Shown: piece by piece, positions 14,601-27,379 of the stretch
Layout: each line of letters opens with the position of its first letter
Numbering within the stretch: the first letter of the stretch is position 1
Origin: Tubiluchus corallicola
Taxonomy: Eukaryota > Animalia > Priapulida
Assembly (NCBI GenBank): GCA_030141605.1
Contig: JAQGDQ010000135.1
Coordinates: forward strand, 1-64,000
Direction: 5' to 3'
DNA: 64,000 bases
The notes under the pieces: model-generated
Database searches by the model: none
What the model was told of the DNA's origin: nothing
What the model saw: the letters and a program-made list of their open reading frames with translations, nothing else
Made by a program: the position numbers and the translations under genes

Positions 14601-17600
14601 CTATAAAGCTAAAACTAGATTTATTCTACTGTAAGGCTAATTATGAATGTTTTGTTCATAGTACAAATGTAGTCTTCTGTAGCTATATTGTATAACAAAT
14701 AACTTTAAAGCCAAGTGATTTTGTCTCCGGCTTATTAACTACATAATTGCTTAATGCATATAATGATAGAAAAGTGTAAGCAGGGAATACTTCACAGAGA
14801 AAAACATGTCTAGTTCTTAAAATACTAGGTACAGGTTTTCCCCACATATATTACATAGAGATTATCTTTATAATGTTTTCTATAGTACTTAACTAGTATA
14901 GTACATAACTATGCACAGATTAAATAGATACTAACGATTATTGTCGAGAATCAACGTGATGTCTAACCTATATGTTGTATTATTATTGTCATTCATTATG
15001 TACGTTTAACCTTGTAATATTATTGTAAATAAGTATTTGCATTATGACGTTTTAATCAATTGTTCTTTGCGTTTATTTTATCTCTAGATGGGAACTACAG
15101 AGGAAATCAACAACTTCTAATTTCTAACAATACGCTTTTCGAGAAATTTCCTTCAGATACAAAAAAAAACTTTCAGTCTGATTATATTAACATCCTGCAT
15201 TTCAAAAGCAAACAAAAAAAACAAAGAAACTAAAAAATTTCTTGACACACATTCCATTTCTGCTGCAAACATCCTACTGATTCAACATCCTACTGCTAAG
15301 TACTGGATTCTGGGCAGCAGAGAGTCGAACTACGTAAAAAATGCTGCTTTCAAGTGCACATTTAGGATGGTATTGGGTAGGAAATTTCTATGTGACACCT
15401 TTCATATCAAACCACTAATCTCAAATTAACATTCAACTGGTAGGATACTTAAAAAATTGTACATAGTTTACAAATGACACACCACTGAAAATTAGAAAAA
15501 AATTTCAAGAAGGAATAATTTTGATGTTTTTAGGAAGAGTGTTTGGAAAATGCTTGGCTGCCAACTTAATAAAAAGCCTAAATCAAACTGGTAAACACTT
15601 TCTACATTATATCCGATTACCTCGAAATATTTCTTGTCAAGTGGAAATGTTTGGGCGAGTAAACGAACGGACAGATGCTGTCGTTTCAACAGATTCCTTT
15701 CATCACACAGATGCGAGAACTACAATGTCCCATATAAAATGTTTATCTCCCAGGTAATTATTGTGATTAAATCGTAAATTCTGCTGCATTTACGTCCTAT
15801 CTATAAAAACTATTTCTCTATAATATTTCAGTCTGTCATGCCAAAAAGTCATTGAGCAATAACATTTAATCACTTTCATTTTTAGTATCACAGAAAATAG
15901 CTTTTTACTCGCAGCACTTACTTTTATTTACTGCTCACCACAAACAGACAACGACTAATTGCAGACACGCTCAATAGATGGTGCAAGATTTAACAAACAA
16001 AAGCTTAAACCTTATGAAACTGTGCTTACAACAAATTGGTTTCGATGCCATTTATGAGGGTGTATTTATAAATGTGTGAAAGAAGTGCGCAGAATCACTG
16101 TGTAAGTGCAGGCCTCATAATACTATTAGTCAAAGCAGTTAAAGTGCACAACAATGGTGTCGTACGAGCTAAACGATTCTTGGGAAACGAATACAACAGA
16201 ATATGAAGACGACACGCTTGGAGATTATGTGTATTTGGCTGCAAATGTCATAGCTACTCTCTTGATAATTGTGTGCAACTGCCTAGTAATTATCTGCATT
16301 CTGAAATACGAATTCTTGCAGACAATTCCAAACAAGTAAGAATTTTAACTATAAAACGTGTGTATGCCTATTATATGCTTGGCACTATTACGAACAAGAA
16401 CAAAAGGGAGAAAACAGGTAGGGATAAACAAAAATGAGGAGTAGTCTACAAAGATACGAGGAAGAAATAGAAGACATAAAAGAACAGAAACAAAAAATGT
16501 AGAAAAAACACCACTACAAGAAGACTATTATGCAATTTTTTTAGGTTCATTCTGAGCTTAGCAGTAGCTGATTTAACAGTTGGAATTTCAAATGCCTTCT
16601 TTGTAGTGCTAGTATGGAGCAAGCCTATGGAGGAAATAACAAATTCGTAAGTAAAATCTCCATTCATAACTGTTCTAATAACTGTTGTAACTGTCGTAAC
16701 AGTCGGTTACTTTCAAAACATTAGCAGGATGATATTTTGTTGATAACAGTACTAATAACTAATAAACTAATTGTTATCAACAAAATTATATTTTGCCTAC
16801 TCTACTAGTATGCAGTGCTAAAATTTTCTATCATTAACATCATATCATTGGCATACAAATGAAGGACAACAGCATCAACAGCAAGGGGGGGGGACAATGT
16901 GTTTGCTTTTTGATTCCAATCTATGCTTTGTGCTGAATTAAATATTAAAATACTTGCTTAAATAGGGAATTCGCATAATTTCTCTATTCCCGAAATTTCT
17001 TTTGCCAGGTTTTTCTACTGTTTCGTCATGAATGGAACATTTGACGTTTGCCTCGTGATATCAATAACAAGCTTGCTAGGAGTCACGATCGACAGATACA
17101 TCAACTTAACCTACCCTCTCCATTACCCATCCATTGTCACCGCCACGCGAGCTACCATTCTTCTTATTTCCATATGGATCTGGTCTTGTTTTTTCACCCT
17201 TGTCCCAATGATTATTTGGCACAATCTTCAACGGTCTTGTCTTCTTCAATTTTTCATCAACAAGTACCAATGGCTGGCACAGATTATTTACTACTTTATC
17301 GTTGTCATTATAATAACAATTCTTTACAGTAGAATATTTCGTATAGCCTGGATCAGTACCAGACGGATCAGTACCAATACAGACAAAGATGAAAGTTTGA
17401 AGTCTAAAATAAAAATAGCTAAAGTTTTTTTCGCCGTGTGTGGCTGCCTCATTGTATCAGTGACTCCTTTTTATATCATCAGTATTCACTTGGCGGTAAT
17501 TGAAAGAGCTGCCTACAGCGTTTCCTGGGGTGGGCTTGTTGGCGTAAGTGATGTGCTGGTACTTTCAAATTCAGCAATGAATCCCATCATTTATGCATGG

Positions 17601-20600
17601 AAGTACAAAGATTTCCGTAAAGCCATGAAAAAGTTGTGCAGTTTCAGAGGTTAAAGATGTCTGTGTAATGGCAAACTGGCAAGTGAAAGAGTAAAACACG
17701 TAGCTTACAATGGTTTTACTTTTTTAACATTTGTTATCATATGATGAGCAATTAATTAGCTATAAATTTAATTGGTATTATAACATTGTATGTGGTTAGA
17801 CATTGCTGTAGTGCCAACCTTCTAAGTATATCCTATTTCTATTTCCTATTTCCTATAGTAAACTATTTTCTTGCATATATATTGTCAACAATAATATGCT
17901 TATATTCTGTTGACACCTCGGGTTCGTCATCACCAGCAGTACCGCCCTCAAACTAGGTATTGCTTGCATCATTTTTGTATAATTCATCAGCAAAACTAGA
18001 CGCAATCTTAAACTGTAGGTCAAAACAACCTACTCTTTAAAATATAGAAAAAACATACTGTTTTTTAAAAAAATGACTTACGTGAAAGAATTACTTCGCT
18101 GTTACACGCACTTACACTTGAAATTTGTATTTTTATCTTAAAACTTGCCTAGTTTTAGCACAACACACCTGAATATGTTACAGTAGCGCTGTACTTCAAT
18201 TTTCGCTTTTGCAAACACGTGCAACACCTTCATGTAATTCTTTTGCTGTTGAAAATTGTGTTATTTGTGATGTCATCAATAGTTGGGCTAGCCCGCCATT
18301 AATTAAGTTTTTAATCTATTATTTAATTATCAGAGACGCTTTTGCATTATTAATTGCGTTCAAATGTATACTTTTTGTCGGACTTGAAAATGGGGTAGTA
18401 TATGAAAAATTATCCCATCTTTCTTTAAGCCTACTAAAAAAGTATGTGGTTAGACATTAGTAAAGTGCCAACCCTTTGACTACATCAAATGGAAAACTAT
18501 CTTCTCGTACAATTATTGTTAATGTACAAAGATAATCTAACCTAATCTATTCTAGTCATCACTAGTCTAATCCAATCTGAACAAATCTAATTTCATCAGG
18601 CATAATCTTAAACCACTTAAGCCAATCTAACCTAACACAAAACAATAAAAAACAGTCGATTTGGAGTCACAATGTAACCTAGTCAAATTTAAAGCAAATC
18701 CAATCTATTCAAGCACAACCGAGGCATTCAACTCAGAAACGCCCTTTCCATAAAATTCAAGAGTACTGCAAGATGACATCCAACAATCATCGGCACACCT
18801 TGTTTCTTATATTAATGACTGTGGTGAGACCAGAATCTAGCTATTAAAAAAATGCACTTAACTTCTAAACAAAACCAAGAGTACTATATTCCACAAACAA
18901 GAGGGAAACCATTACCAATGACATGTTTTTCAGACAGCAAAATTATTCAACTAGATGCCCTTATTAACTTCGACTTATTTATATATATATAAAAAACCTA
19001 CAACACAGTTTCCAGGACTTCTACACTAAATGACAGAAGATACCACACAAGAAAATATATATAACGAATATAAATCTACCTTACTGCAGGCCAAATGCGG
19101 CCAGATTATTTGTCAGATTCCAGGGACCACTTGCTTGGAACACAATGGATAGCACTATGAAATCACACATAACTTAGCAAAGCTTAAGAAAAAACCAAAA
19201 GAGAATATCATAGGCAAATTCTAATAAACCAAGTAATTAACTTTAAAACAGATCAGTATAATCCCTATACAATAATTCATAGCAAAATTACTGTTCTAAT
19301 TATAATATTATTACAGTACTAAAGTACTAACGTTACAGTTCATCTAAATAATTGTACAGACAGCATTACTGGATATTTAACATAATTATTAGTCAGTCAA
19401 ATTTTCTTTTTTCCTTCTTCTAATTTTCCTCTTTTCATAATCCTGTACAAACCATAACTGTTGGCCAATGTTTACCTCTATACCACCTTGCAAGCTAGAC
19501 TTCAGGGCAATTGTGACACAACGCATTATAGTAACTTTCTTTACATTATTAATACTGTTAAAATGTAAATATATAATTGTTAATTTGAAAATTTATATTA
19601 TTTTATACCGTAATAATGACTCTGTTATGTGTTGTGTTGTGTGGAATAAACAAATCATGAATATTGAATCTTGAAGAAAAAACAGCTTGAAGAAATGGTC
19701 ATGAACTATAAAAGAAAAAATTTTTCACTAGGCAGGCATCAAGTTGAGAGGAACAACTCTGAAATGTGATTAAACAAAAAATATTTTCCACTGTTTGCAA
19801 GCAATAACCGTTTAGAAGGAAAAGGTAAAAAGATAAACTATATAAATCAAGATAATGTTACCAGTTTCAAAAAGCTAGTCAAAAGGAACACCATAACTGA
19901 CATCCAACAAGCATAAATAATAAAACGAAACAAGAATAACGAGGATAGCATGGCGACTTTTTTGTACGAAATATCAACATTGAAATTGACTTTTCTGTTC
20001 AAATGCACTAGAGTTTATTGATATTAGCAATGTCTGGTATGTTATTACATAGCTTTCTAATGTTTCTTAAGATTAAGTAAGATAATTATTGAGAATTTTA
20101 GGTGCGTATAAAGTAGTGGCTCTAGGAACCTTGTTGTTGAATGCTTGTATATTTTAATTTTCCTCTGTAAATTTATTATAATATTTGTTTCAGCTAAAAC
20201 TGCTCAAGGATGGGTAACCACATAGATAAAACGTGGCTTATGTACAGCCGGGATGTCTTCCTGCGCCAATAACTCTGTGCTTACTACAGATTTAATGTTT
20301 GCTTGATTTTAAGATTTAAGACACCCTGCTACAAAGTCGCTGCAGGAATAATTCTGCAACACAAATGACAAACGACAAAAACCACAAGTACAACGAACAA
20401 CAAAAAAATCTGTAAGGTAAGATGAACAGGGCATATCTTAAATTATTACCAACTTCACTGTCTTCACTTTCCTGTTCTACATCCATTTCCTGTTCTGGTT
20501 CAGGTTCTGGTTTCGACTCCTCCATTTTCTCTGACTGCGGTTCAGGTTCAGCCTTGAAAAAGGGCAAAAAGCTTAGTAAGTTCATTTTTGTCTACACGGC

Positions 20601-22520
20601 TTGCAAGAGCAGTAATACAGCACTTAGTAACTCAGCCTATTCAATCTTGACCAGTCCGGCATCTTTTAATTATCAGTAATAATACTTTAAGTTCAGATAC
20701 TAGACTGCAGAAGTGTATTACGTTTATTACCCATTATTGACTAACTCAAAAATTTAAATAGCTGGATAATTATAACTGATAAAACTAATCAGTAGCAAAT
20801 ATACCAGGGAATGTTCATGCATTTAAAAGACAAAGACAAAAGACACTTGCAGTCGCTGGAACAACAGACAACATTAGTCATAGACAGACTCTTACACAAA
20901 TACAACAAAACTGCTACGCCTCAGATCAATAACACAGATAACAACAGTTTGTGCCAATACAGGTGATCGTGTGAGATCCGAGCCGCGCTGCAAGCCCAAA
21001 TTTATTGACCAAACTTGCATTTCTTGACTTTGGTCACTAAGCATTCAGTTTCAGCACCACAGATCACTACAATTGCTTGTTTCTACTTTTTCCAGTCACA
21101 CAACATAAAACTGTAAATTTATTTTTATGATATTATTAGACTAAATTAAATATTTGGACACCAAGCAGTAATGCCATGAAAAGAAATTTATACACCAGTA
21201 CAGGTCTTGTTCATATACTAATTATACTAATTCTTTCTATATCCAATAAAACTGTAACTTACCTTTGGTTCAGATGTCGGAGGTGAAGGCGGTGGAGGTA
21301 TTTTTGCTCCGAGACTGCGAAAAATAAAAAATTCTTTAGTATTATGCCAAAAATTTTCTAAACATCAAAACTTTTTAAAATTTTCTAAACTTTAAATTAT
21401 TATCTGTAAATTATTAATTCTGTAAAAACGAATTAATGATTTTCGTTACTGAAAAGGCATAAAAACATATGGGTGAATGAGTGATATAAAGTGATTGTAT
21501 GAAAAAGTAAGTCAGCGATACACAGTCCATATCTCATTCGCAGCGTGTAAGTTAGTGGAAGATAAGCGCCAAGTACCAGATTCAGATTTGCCTTACTTAA
21601 AAAGAAAAAGACATTAATAAGTAATCACTTCTGATAAAAGGGCTTATCGTCTGATGCATTGGGAGACCTGCCAATTTTGGAAGGCGGCTGAAAAGAACTG
21701 CAAAATTCCCTTCTCTCCCCGCAATGGCAATGTTCAAGGTGAAAAAGATACGTGGGAAGAAAATTACAAAGCTCTTTTTAATTCAGCAGATAATGCTCAC
21801 TGCATGCATTGAAAAATGTAGCTAAAACACTAGAAAGTCACCGCAAAAAATCGCCTAACATTAGAGTTAGATCAAATAAAGTTGAGCAAAAACTTTTTTA
21901 ATTTAGATACATGTTCTTTCCCTTTGTTTTACATCACAAGTTACCTTCAGGAAAAAAAATTAATATTCAAAATTTGCTGGGAGGGTGAGGTATCCGAAGT
22001 GGTTAAATAATGGTTAAGCCAATTTTTAACCCCTTTCATACTGCATGCAGGCCTATAATTAGCATGTGTGTAGGACGGCGTAGCGGACAGAGCAATAATG
22101 AGAAAATTAACTCTCAGTTAACCTAACGTTATTAATGCGCCTCTAACTAAATTGTTATTCACAGAAATTTATCACACACAAGTTTTAAGAAAATAATACG
22201 CAGGAAACAATGTCAAAATGAAATGTGGAACGATACGTCATTCAAAAAGTCACACCAGCTTTGTTACGACAACAAGTTTATTGTGTGCGAACATGCGAAC
22301 TGCAATTTTCACTGCAAAAAAATTATCTGTCCGATTTTGCAGGGGGCCCCCCCCCCTAGTTCTGCCCCTGTAGAAGTCAAAGGAACAGTACAAACCTTTG
22401 AAGATATTGTTTGAAAAAAGAAAGCTTAGGCTCATGTAAGGCCTCGGGATGCTGGGATACATGATGAATGAATGCACGAAGTTGGTTAACATGCTCCTCT
22501 GTTAACTCTACAGTAGGCAT
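3117..22520 (-). CDS. ST13: Hsc70-interacting protein (Hip/ST13), 12 coding exons, 418 aa
   Basis: Exons (minus): 22520-22396, 21314-21263, 20552-20450, 10607-10537, 9990-9924, 8611-8527, 7885-7775, 6312-6210, 6055-5939, 4981-4862, 4355-4190, 3253-3117; all GT-AG, phases consistent, 1257 nt. N-terminal dimerisation domain ([36 protein letters not shown]), acidic linker (ELDNTGVIE), TPRs ([40 protein letters not shown]), charged coil, STI1/DP domain ([26 protein letters not shown]), GGMP repeats, ends MDDID. Confidence 0.95.
3435..3557. mobile_element. Small MITE-like foldback with CACTG..CAGTG ends
   Basis: tacactgtttagtgtaattaatctgtgtg versus catacagactaattagattaaacagtgta are imperfect inverted repeats flanked by TA. 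Confidence 0.5.
5670..5697. repeat. (TA)n microsatellite
   Basis: Seen directly; similar tracts near 23269-23297 and 37224-37250. Confidence 0.9.
9259..9868. mobile_element. Non-autonomous hAT-like element, copy 1
   Basis: Ends CAGTGGCGTG...CTACGCCTCTG; colinear similarity with 61771-62282; TSD degenerate (ccacagtg/caacagca). Confidence 0.7.
11591..11598 (+). promoter_or_regulatory. Candidate TATA box of nested GPCR copy 1
   Basis: TATATAAA 170 nt upstream of ATG 11761; copy 2 has TTTATAAA near 16065. AT-rich background weakens this. Confidence 0.35.
11761..13199 (+). pseudogene. Class A (rhodopsin-like) orphan GPCR, nested copy 1, interrupted by one in-frame TAA
   Basis: Exons 11761-11945, 12164-12265, 12554-13199 (GT-AG). 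TM1 CN, TM2 LAVAD, TM3 DRY, TM7 NSVIY. TAA at 12813-12815 aligns with CAA (Gln) at 17268-17270 of the paralog; frame otherwise open to 13199. Confidence 0.8.
14060..14450 (-). mobile_element. Heavily decayed CR1-like LINE 3' fragment
   Basis: Minus-strand traces SYSSRLTNM and ALYSRTIMD resemble CR1 ORF2 C-terminal motifs (SYEERL, FFPRTIxDWN); many lesions. Confidence 0.3.
16154..17654 (+). CDS. Class A (rhodopsin-like) orphan GPCR, nested copy 2, intact, 309 aa
   Basis: Exons 16154-16335, 16545-16646, 17009-17654 (930 nt, GT-AG, phase 2/2). N-glycosylation sequons in N-terminus, LAVAD, DRY, TM4 Trp, ECL2 Cys, NPIIY followed by helix 8 ([10 protein letters not shown]) and Cys. Confidence 0.9.
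18003..18430. mobile_element. Truncated copy of the Kolobok-like element at 47438-48045
   Basis: Long colinear match (tgtgatgtcatcaatagttgggct..cccgccattaattaag, ggacttgaaaatggggtagtatatgaaaaat). Confidence 0.75.
18700..19675 (+). mobile_element. L2/Crack/CR1-clade LINE 3' relic
   Basis: Translates to [33 protein letters not shown], typical of the ORF2 C-terminus; ends with aataaa and short ttgaat-type repeats. Confidence 0.6.
21540..21790 (+). mobile_element. RTEX-like LINE internal relic
   Basis: Broken frame [38 protein letters not shown] resembles the segment upstream of the RT domain in RTEX elements. Confidence 0.45.
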
Positions 22521-22725
22521 TTTCACTTCCTGAAAATAAATAATACCACTTACTAAATGTTACCACATTGACGAGTAATTGTATATCATCGCAATAGCTG
22601 GTTTTAGTATTTACAATTTTTTTTCTAGCGACTTATAAAGACTGCAGATTTTTTCTTGATTGGGAACTGTCAAGATATTAACTTGTAGAAGTTAATAAGT
22701 AGAATAAGTGTAATAAGTAGAAATA

Positions 22726-22996
22726 TAGTAAACTACATATAACTCAAACACCTCGGGACTGCAAAAACTGTTCGAGTTATGCAAAAGTATTAGTTAGTCT
22801 ATGTTCGTAAGAAAACAACACTGAGTTGCTCATCAACATCGGACACACAATTTCTAAACAATTGTACCGGGAATTAGGTTTGAGTTACACAATGTTTGGT
22901 AAAGGGAAAAACCAAAGGGAAAATCCATTCCACGAGATCTGTTCAAGATACGCAAGAATTCGAGTTATACCGGTTCGAGTTATACATAGTTTACTG
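22726..22996. mobile_element. Tigger/pogo-like MITE, short copy
   Basis: TIR (c/t)AGTAAACTACATATAACTC...GAGTTATACATAGTTTACTG, TA on the left, repeated TTCGAGTTA; related to 38790-39422. Confidence 0.75.
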
Positions 22997-23265
22997 GATT
23001 ACAACTGAAAATGCTGACAGTTACTGACATCGAAAACATATGTTCGAAGAATGTTAAAGTTAGTATCATACTTTCTTGGTAAACTACGTAAACAGAATCC
23101 CTGATTAGTTTTTGACAGTAGCAAACAAAAAAGTTGAAAAGTGGTCCCAGATTACTCTCAGGTACATGATTTCAATATTTACTTTTACATATTTATTACG
23201 AGTACTGTACTGTACTGTCTTTTTTATTGTATTGTCTTTGTAAAAATGTACTACTTGTACAAAAT

Positions 23266-23300
<35 letters not shown>

Positions 23301-23704
23301 CAACATACAATGTGTATTAGTTTGAATTCTTCTATATATCTTCTATATATATATATATGAAATTAAAAATGTGCATGCACAAATGAATTATTGCTAATTG
23401 GTAATGCCATCTAGGTGGTAAGTTTTAAAAAATATTAAGTTAATAGATCATTAAATCCTGGGAATTACGAAATAAACAATATAACATAAGTAAAAATATA
23501 AGACAAACTGACAAAATGTAAACCTGAGATACTAACTAATCCAAATATCTTTAGCTAGCCTGGTGATAAGCATTAAAACTTGGAAGTTCTTTTGAAGCAT
23601 TTATTTTCCATTTACATTCTGTGTTAACTTAGTCAAAGAATGATGGTACAAAACTACAATCAATTAAATTACGATAGCATACTTAAAAGACAGGAAATGT
23701 GAGA

Positions 23705-23785
23705 AAGTTGTGGTACAGACTAGAATTGAACCATACATCTTCTTCTTATGAGGCAGATGGGTTTGATCCCGAAGCCACCGTATCT
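23705..23785 (-). mobile_element. tRNA-derived SINE head (degenerate)
   Basis: Minus strand A-box-like TGGCTTCGGG and B-box GGTTCAATTC at tRNA-like spacing; no cloverleaf. Confidence 0.4.
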
Positions 23786-24252
23786 CCCAGTGGCTAAGGC
23801 AATCTAGACTACATTCTTTACAGGGCTAGACAAATTTCACGTAAGTGATTATAACGAATTACACTAACTTTTTATTAATTTTCAACCTGAAATTTCTGTG
23901 AATAACTAATTAATTAATAGCTTATTTTAATCTCCATGTCAAAGTTATTGTCTGTGGGCCAATGTGTACTAGTTTGGCATTGGATGTACATGGTGATGGT
24001 GTCGGACATACATTACAATCAGTAGTGATTAATCCAAGCCAATTTTATTACAGGCACATAAAACATTTATAGTTAAAAACAACACAGCTTTATTAAAACT
24101 TGTACATTAAAAAGTTGAATAAAGTTAAAAAGTTAATATAGTAACAAATTTAACTAAATGTTTGAAAATAAAGTTAAAGGAATTGAACTGCTTTTTACAT
24201 TAAGAGAAGGCTTATTAGGGTACATAGATAAACTTTCTTTCATTAATAAGTC

Positions 24253-24327
24253 CCAGTTATTTGTAGCTCTGGCCACAACTCTGATTTTAATAATGTCTGT
24301 ATTGTGACCAGAGCTACAAATAACTGG
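24253..24327. repeat. Inverted repeat with 26-bp arms
   Basis: ccagttatttgtagctctggccacaa (24253-24278) and ttgtgaccagagctacaaataactgg (24302-24327), one mismatch. Confidence 0.85.
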
Positions 24328-25467
24328 AAGTTATTAACAAAAGGAGTAATATCAGTAGTATTTCTGTTATACCATTATATCTTAATGTCATGTATCGATA
24401 TGCACGTGCAGCAGACATGAAGTATGTACAGTATTTTAAACTGTAGGTACGGGAACCAAATCGCATTGCTATGAGAACAATAAATGTCAAATTTTAATTG
24501 TCGGATATACCACAAGGATAGGGTTAGGTTTCCCTAAGTAGCATACAGAAGAGAAAACATACAAGGCAAAACTTGACATCACACTGAAAAGTCTATATAG
24601 TACACTTAAAGAACTAGTGTGCAGAATGGCTTCAGACTGTTTTTTTACAAGAAAATATGAAAAAGCAAAATCAACATCACATTTGCACATCTCACAAGCA
24701 GATTATGAGCTGCTATATCCAGAGCTATATTTCAATCTAAGTGTTTTTTGTGTATCAAAAGTATTTTTCTTCAAATCTATGTGACATTATCTCTGCAAAT
24801 ATTACACTTGTAAACAACATTGTAGTATAATTTCAAAATTTTGCTGTACAGGTTGACGTATTGGTAGAATTGCCATAGTGTCTCATTATGCTTTTTATTA
24901 TTTTTGCAATGATTTACCTTGGTCGCACTAACTTGCTTCTAACATGGTTGAGTCATTTACTTAGTAAACAAATTTGTACTTTTGAGGTTCTTTGTCAGTT
25001 GTCTGCCTGTTGGTACGTTAGGAGGCTCTAATCCTAGTTACGTTAATGTTAATATTTGTTTCTAATTTTTTTTACTTCTTACGTAGAGAAATATAGTCGA
25101 CACATATTTTGATGTTTTGAATTTTTGTGATTTGATGTGGTTTAGGGTATAGATTCTCGGGTTTTTATTAATGGCTAATGATTTGTCATCTTTCACTGTC
25201 ATTATATGCTTGTGTCTGTCATGTCAATTGTACATTAAAGTCTAGTCATATATATATATATTAATTCAATATCTAGCATTTCTTTTTCATAGCAAAGTTG
25301 AAACAACAGAAAAAACAATTGAAACCCACCATACTGATAGTACAAGTCAGTTTTTTGAAACAGCTCTGCTTTCCCGCCTACAACATCCTACCCAGCTATT
25401 AAACAAAAATTCTATTCAACACGCTTTCTCCACATGGTACTTAGGCCAGCTGTGTGGTATATGCTTT

Positions 25468-26381
25468 TGTTGGGAGCCGTTTGGACCACTGCGCCAAGTA
25501 GATCACTTGATGCGCTAAAAGTAGTGTCCTACATGGGCAGCCCAAGTAGGACACTAGCGATTTTTGTCGAGAAACTTGCTCTGGCAAAACTTGTTTCCAG
25601 TTTATATTACCATTGTTTATAAGTATTGTTATGACATAATAAAGCATAAAACAAAATTTCTTTTAGAAATGGATATTCCTTGGCAATTTACAAATGCATT
25701 TCTTACAATAATTTCATCATTATGATTAACTCCATTAATATATCATAACATTAAACCTAGTATCTAATGCTTTAAAGAGAGAAATTCTGCACACAGTTAT
25801 TACAGAAATAATTGCAAATTTAAAAATGAGACAGATGCTGCTAAGCCTTCACAACACCAAAAAGTAATTTTTAACATTTAAGAAAAGCAAAGATAATTAG
25901 TTTTAATATTATCAGTAGTATTGTAACATGTAGGGCACTGTCCTACATGGCTCGCTAGCCCATGTAGGACACATAGATCGCTAGAACGTTTACTTATAAG
26001 AAAACAATTATTTGCCCAAGAGGTAGTGAAACGGATCACCTGTTTGTGAAGTGAGACAAAATCAAAAATGATATACCTTAAACAAATGTTGAATTCGCAA
26101 AAAAGTGGGGTTTTTTCACTTCAACAACATTAATATCGAAACCAAATTTAATATTGTCCGTTCTACCAGCTCAGAATAAAATTCTTTTATTTTATTAGAT
26201 GTATAATAAATTATTCAACGTGTATTAACGTTTTTAATTATTATTATTACATAAACAAGCAGAACGGACGGTGTCAGTACACTTAACGACTGAATTCACG
26301 ACCTGTCTCTAGTGTCCTACTTGGGCAGCCCAAGTAGACCAATTGGTCTACTTGGCGCAGTGGTCCAAACGGCTCCCAACA
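25468..26381. mobile_element. 914-bp non-autonomous DNA transposon with TGT..ACA ends (Ginger2/TDD-like)
   Basis: Perfect 35-bp TIR TGTTGGGAGCCGTTTGGACCACTGCGCCAAGTAGA; 5-bp TSD GCTTT at 25463-25467 and 26382-26386; no ORF. Superfamily is inferred from ends and TSD length. Confidence 0.85.
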
Positions 26382-27379
26382 GCTTTCACTGCCACCAGAT
26401 ATCCCCGGATCAAAATTCAGGTTGTATCTGATTTTGTTAACTTTTTCTCACATGTTTCAAGTTTAGGATATCAAATTTTAATTAATTATAAATTTGTACC
26501 ATCATTAACAATAATTTTTGACATTAAGATCGTAACAATTAATTACTATAGTCAAATAAAAGTGAAATAGTCAAAAATAAGACTCTTGTTGTATTACTAC
26601 TCAATAGGCCTATTTCGCACATAGTCGTCTAATGACGTCTATTGGTCAAATGCAACAGGCAATGAGGCCTTCAACAGATGCCAAAAACACAGTTGCATGC
26701 AGTACAATTGTGGAGTGCTAGTTACTGCAAGCAATACCCTATAATTATTACAACACCAAGCGATGATAATGATTACCTAATTACTGCTAGCTATGTTTTT
26801 AGCATAATCAACATGTGTTGTCTAAAACAAAACCAAAATACAATAAATTCGTTTTGGCCAACCCAATAAATAAGGATGAAGTATGATCTACCGGAAAAGA
26901 TTGCATTCTAGTTACTAACTACATGACTAGTCAATTGAGCAGCGCGTCAAAAATCAATCCTAATGAAACAGACGTGATTTGATAAACACTTATTTGTGTA
27001 ATTACGCCATAATCATAACATAGTAAAAATATCAATTACGTGCAGTCGTAATTACAGTATACTACACACTGTACAACAAACTTAAAAAAGCGAAACTTCT
27101 AGCACATTCTTCTGTTTAAAATTTCAACGCAGCATGACCAACACGCTCCTGTTGCCTGATCACTGATCGTAGTGCCTGGAAATTTCTAAATATTGCCGCA
27201 CTTGCGTATCATTAAAGGGGTCTCAGAGCGATAGATGCCACCTCCGCAGGAAATCTGCTTTTCCATGTGATTGATCACACGTACCCTGCACCAGATTAAC
27301 AAGCCATTCCTAATAGCCAACAATATGCCGACGACATTGGGTGGATTAGTATTTCAAAATTCTGCACAGACACTGATAA

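Noticed and set aside
15085-15757. Exon-like pieces between the two GPCRs
   Set aside because: No consistent frame or recognisable homology.
18209-18460. Similar ORFs at 18209 and 47801 suggesting a small gene family
   Set aside because: Both are chance frames inside the same Kolobok-like repeat.
25522-26338. Palindromic repeats as a CRISPR-like array
   Set aside because: Only three copies about 400 bp apart inside a TIR element in eukaryotic DNA; no spacer structure or cas genes.
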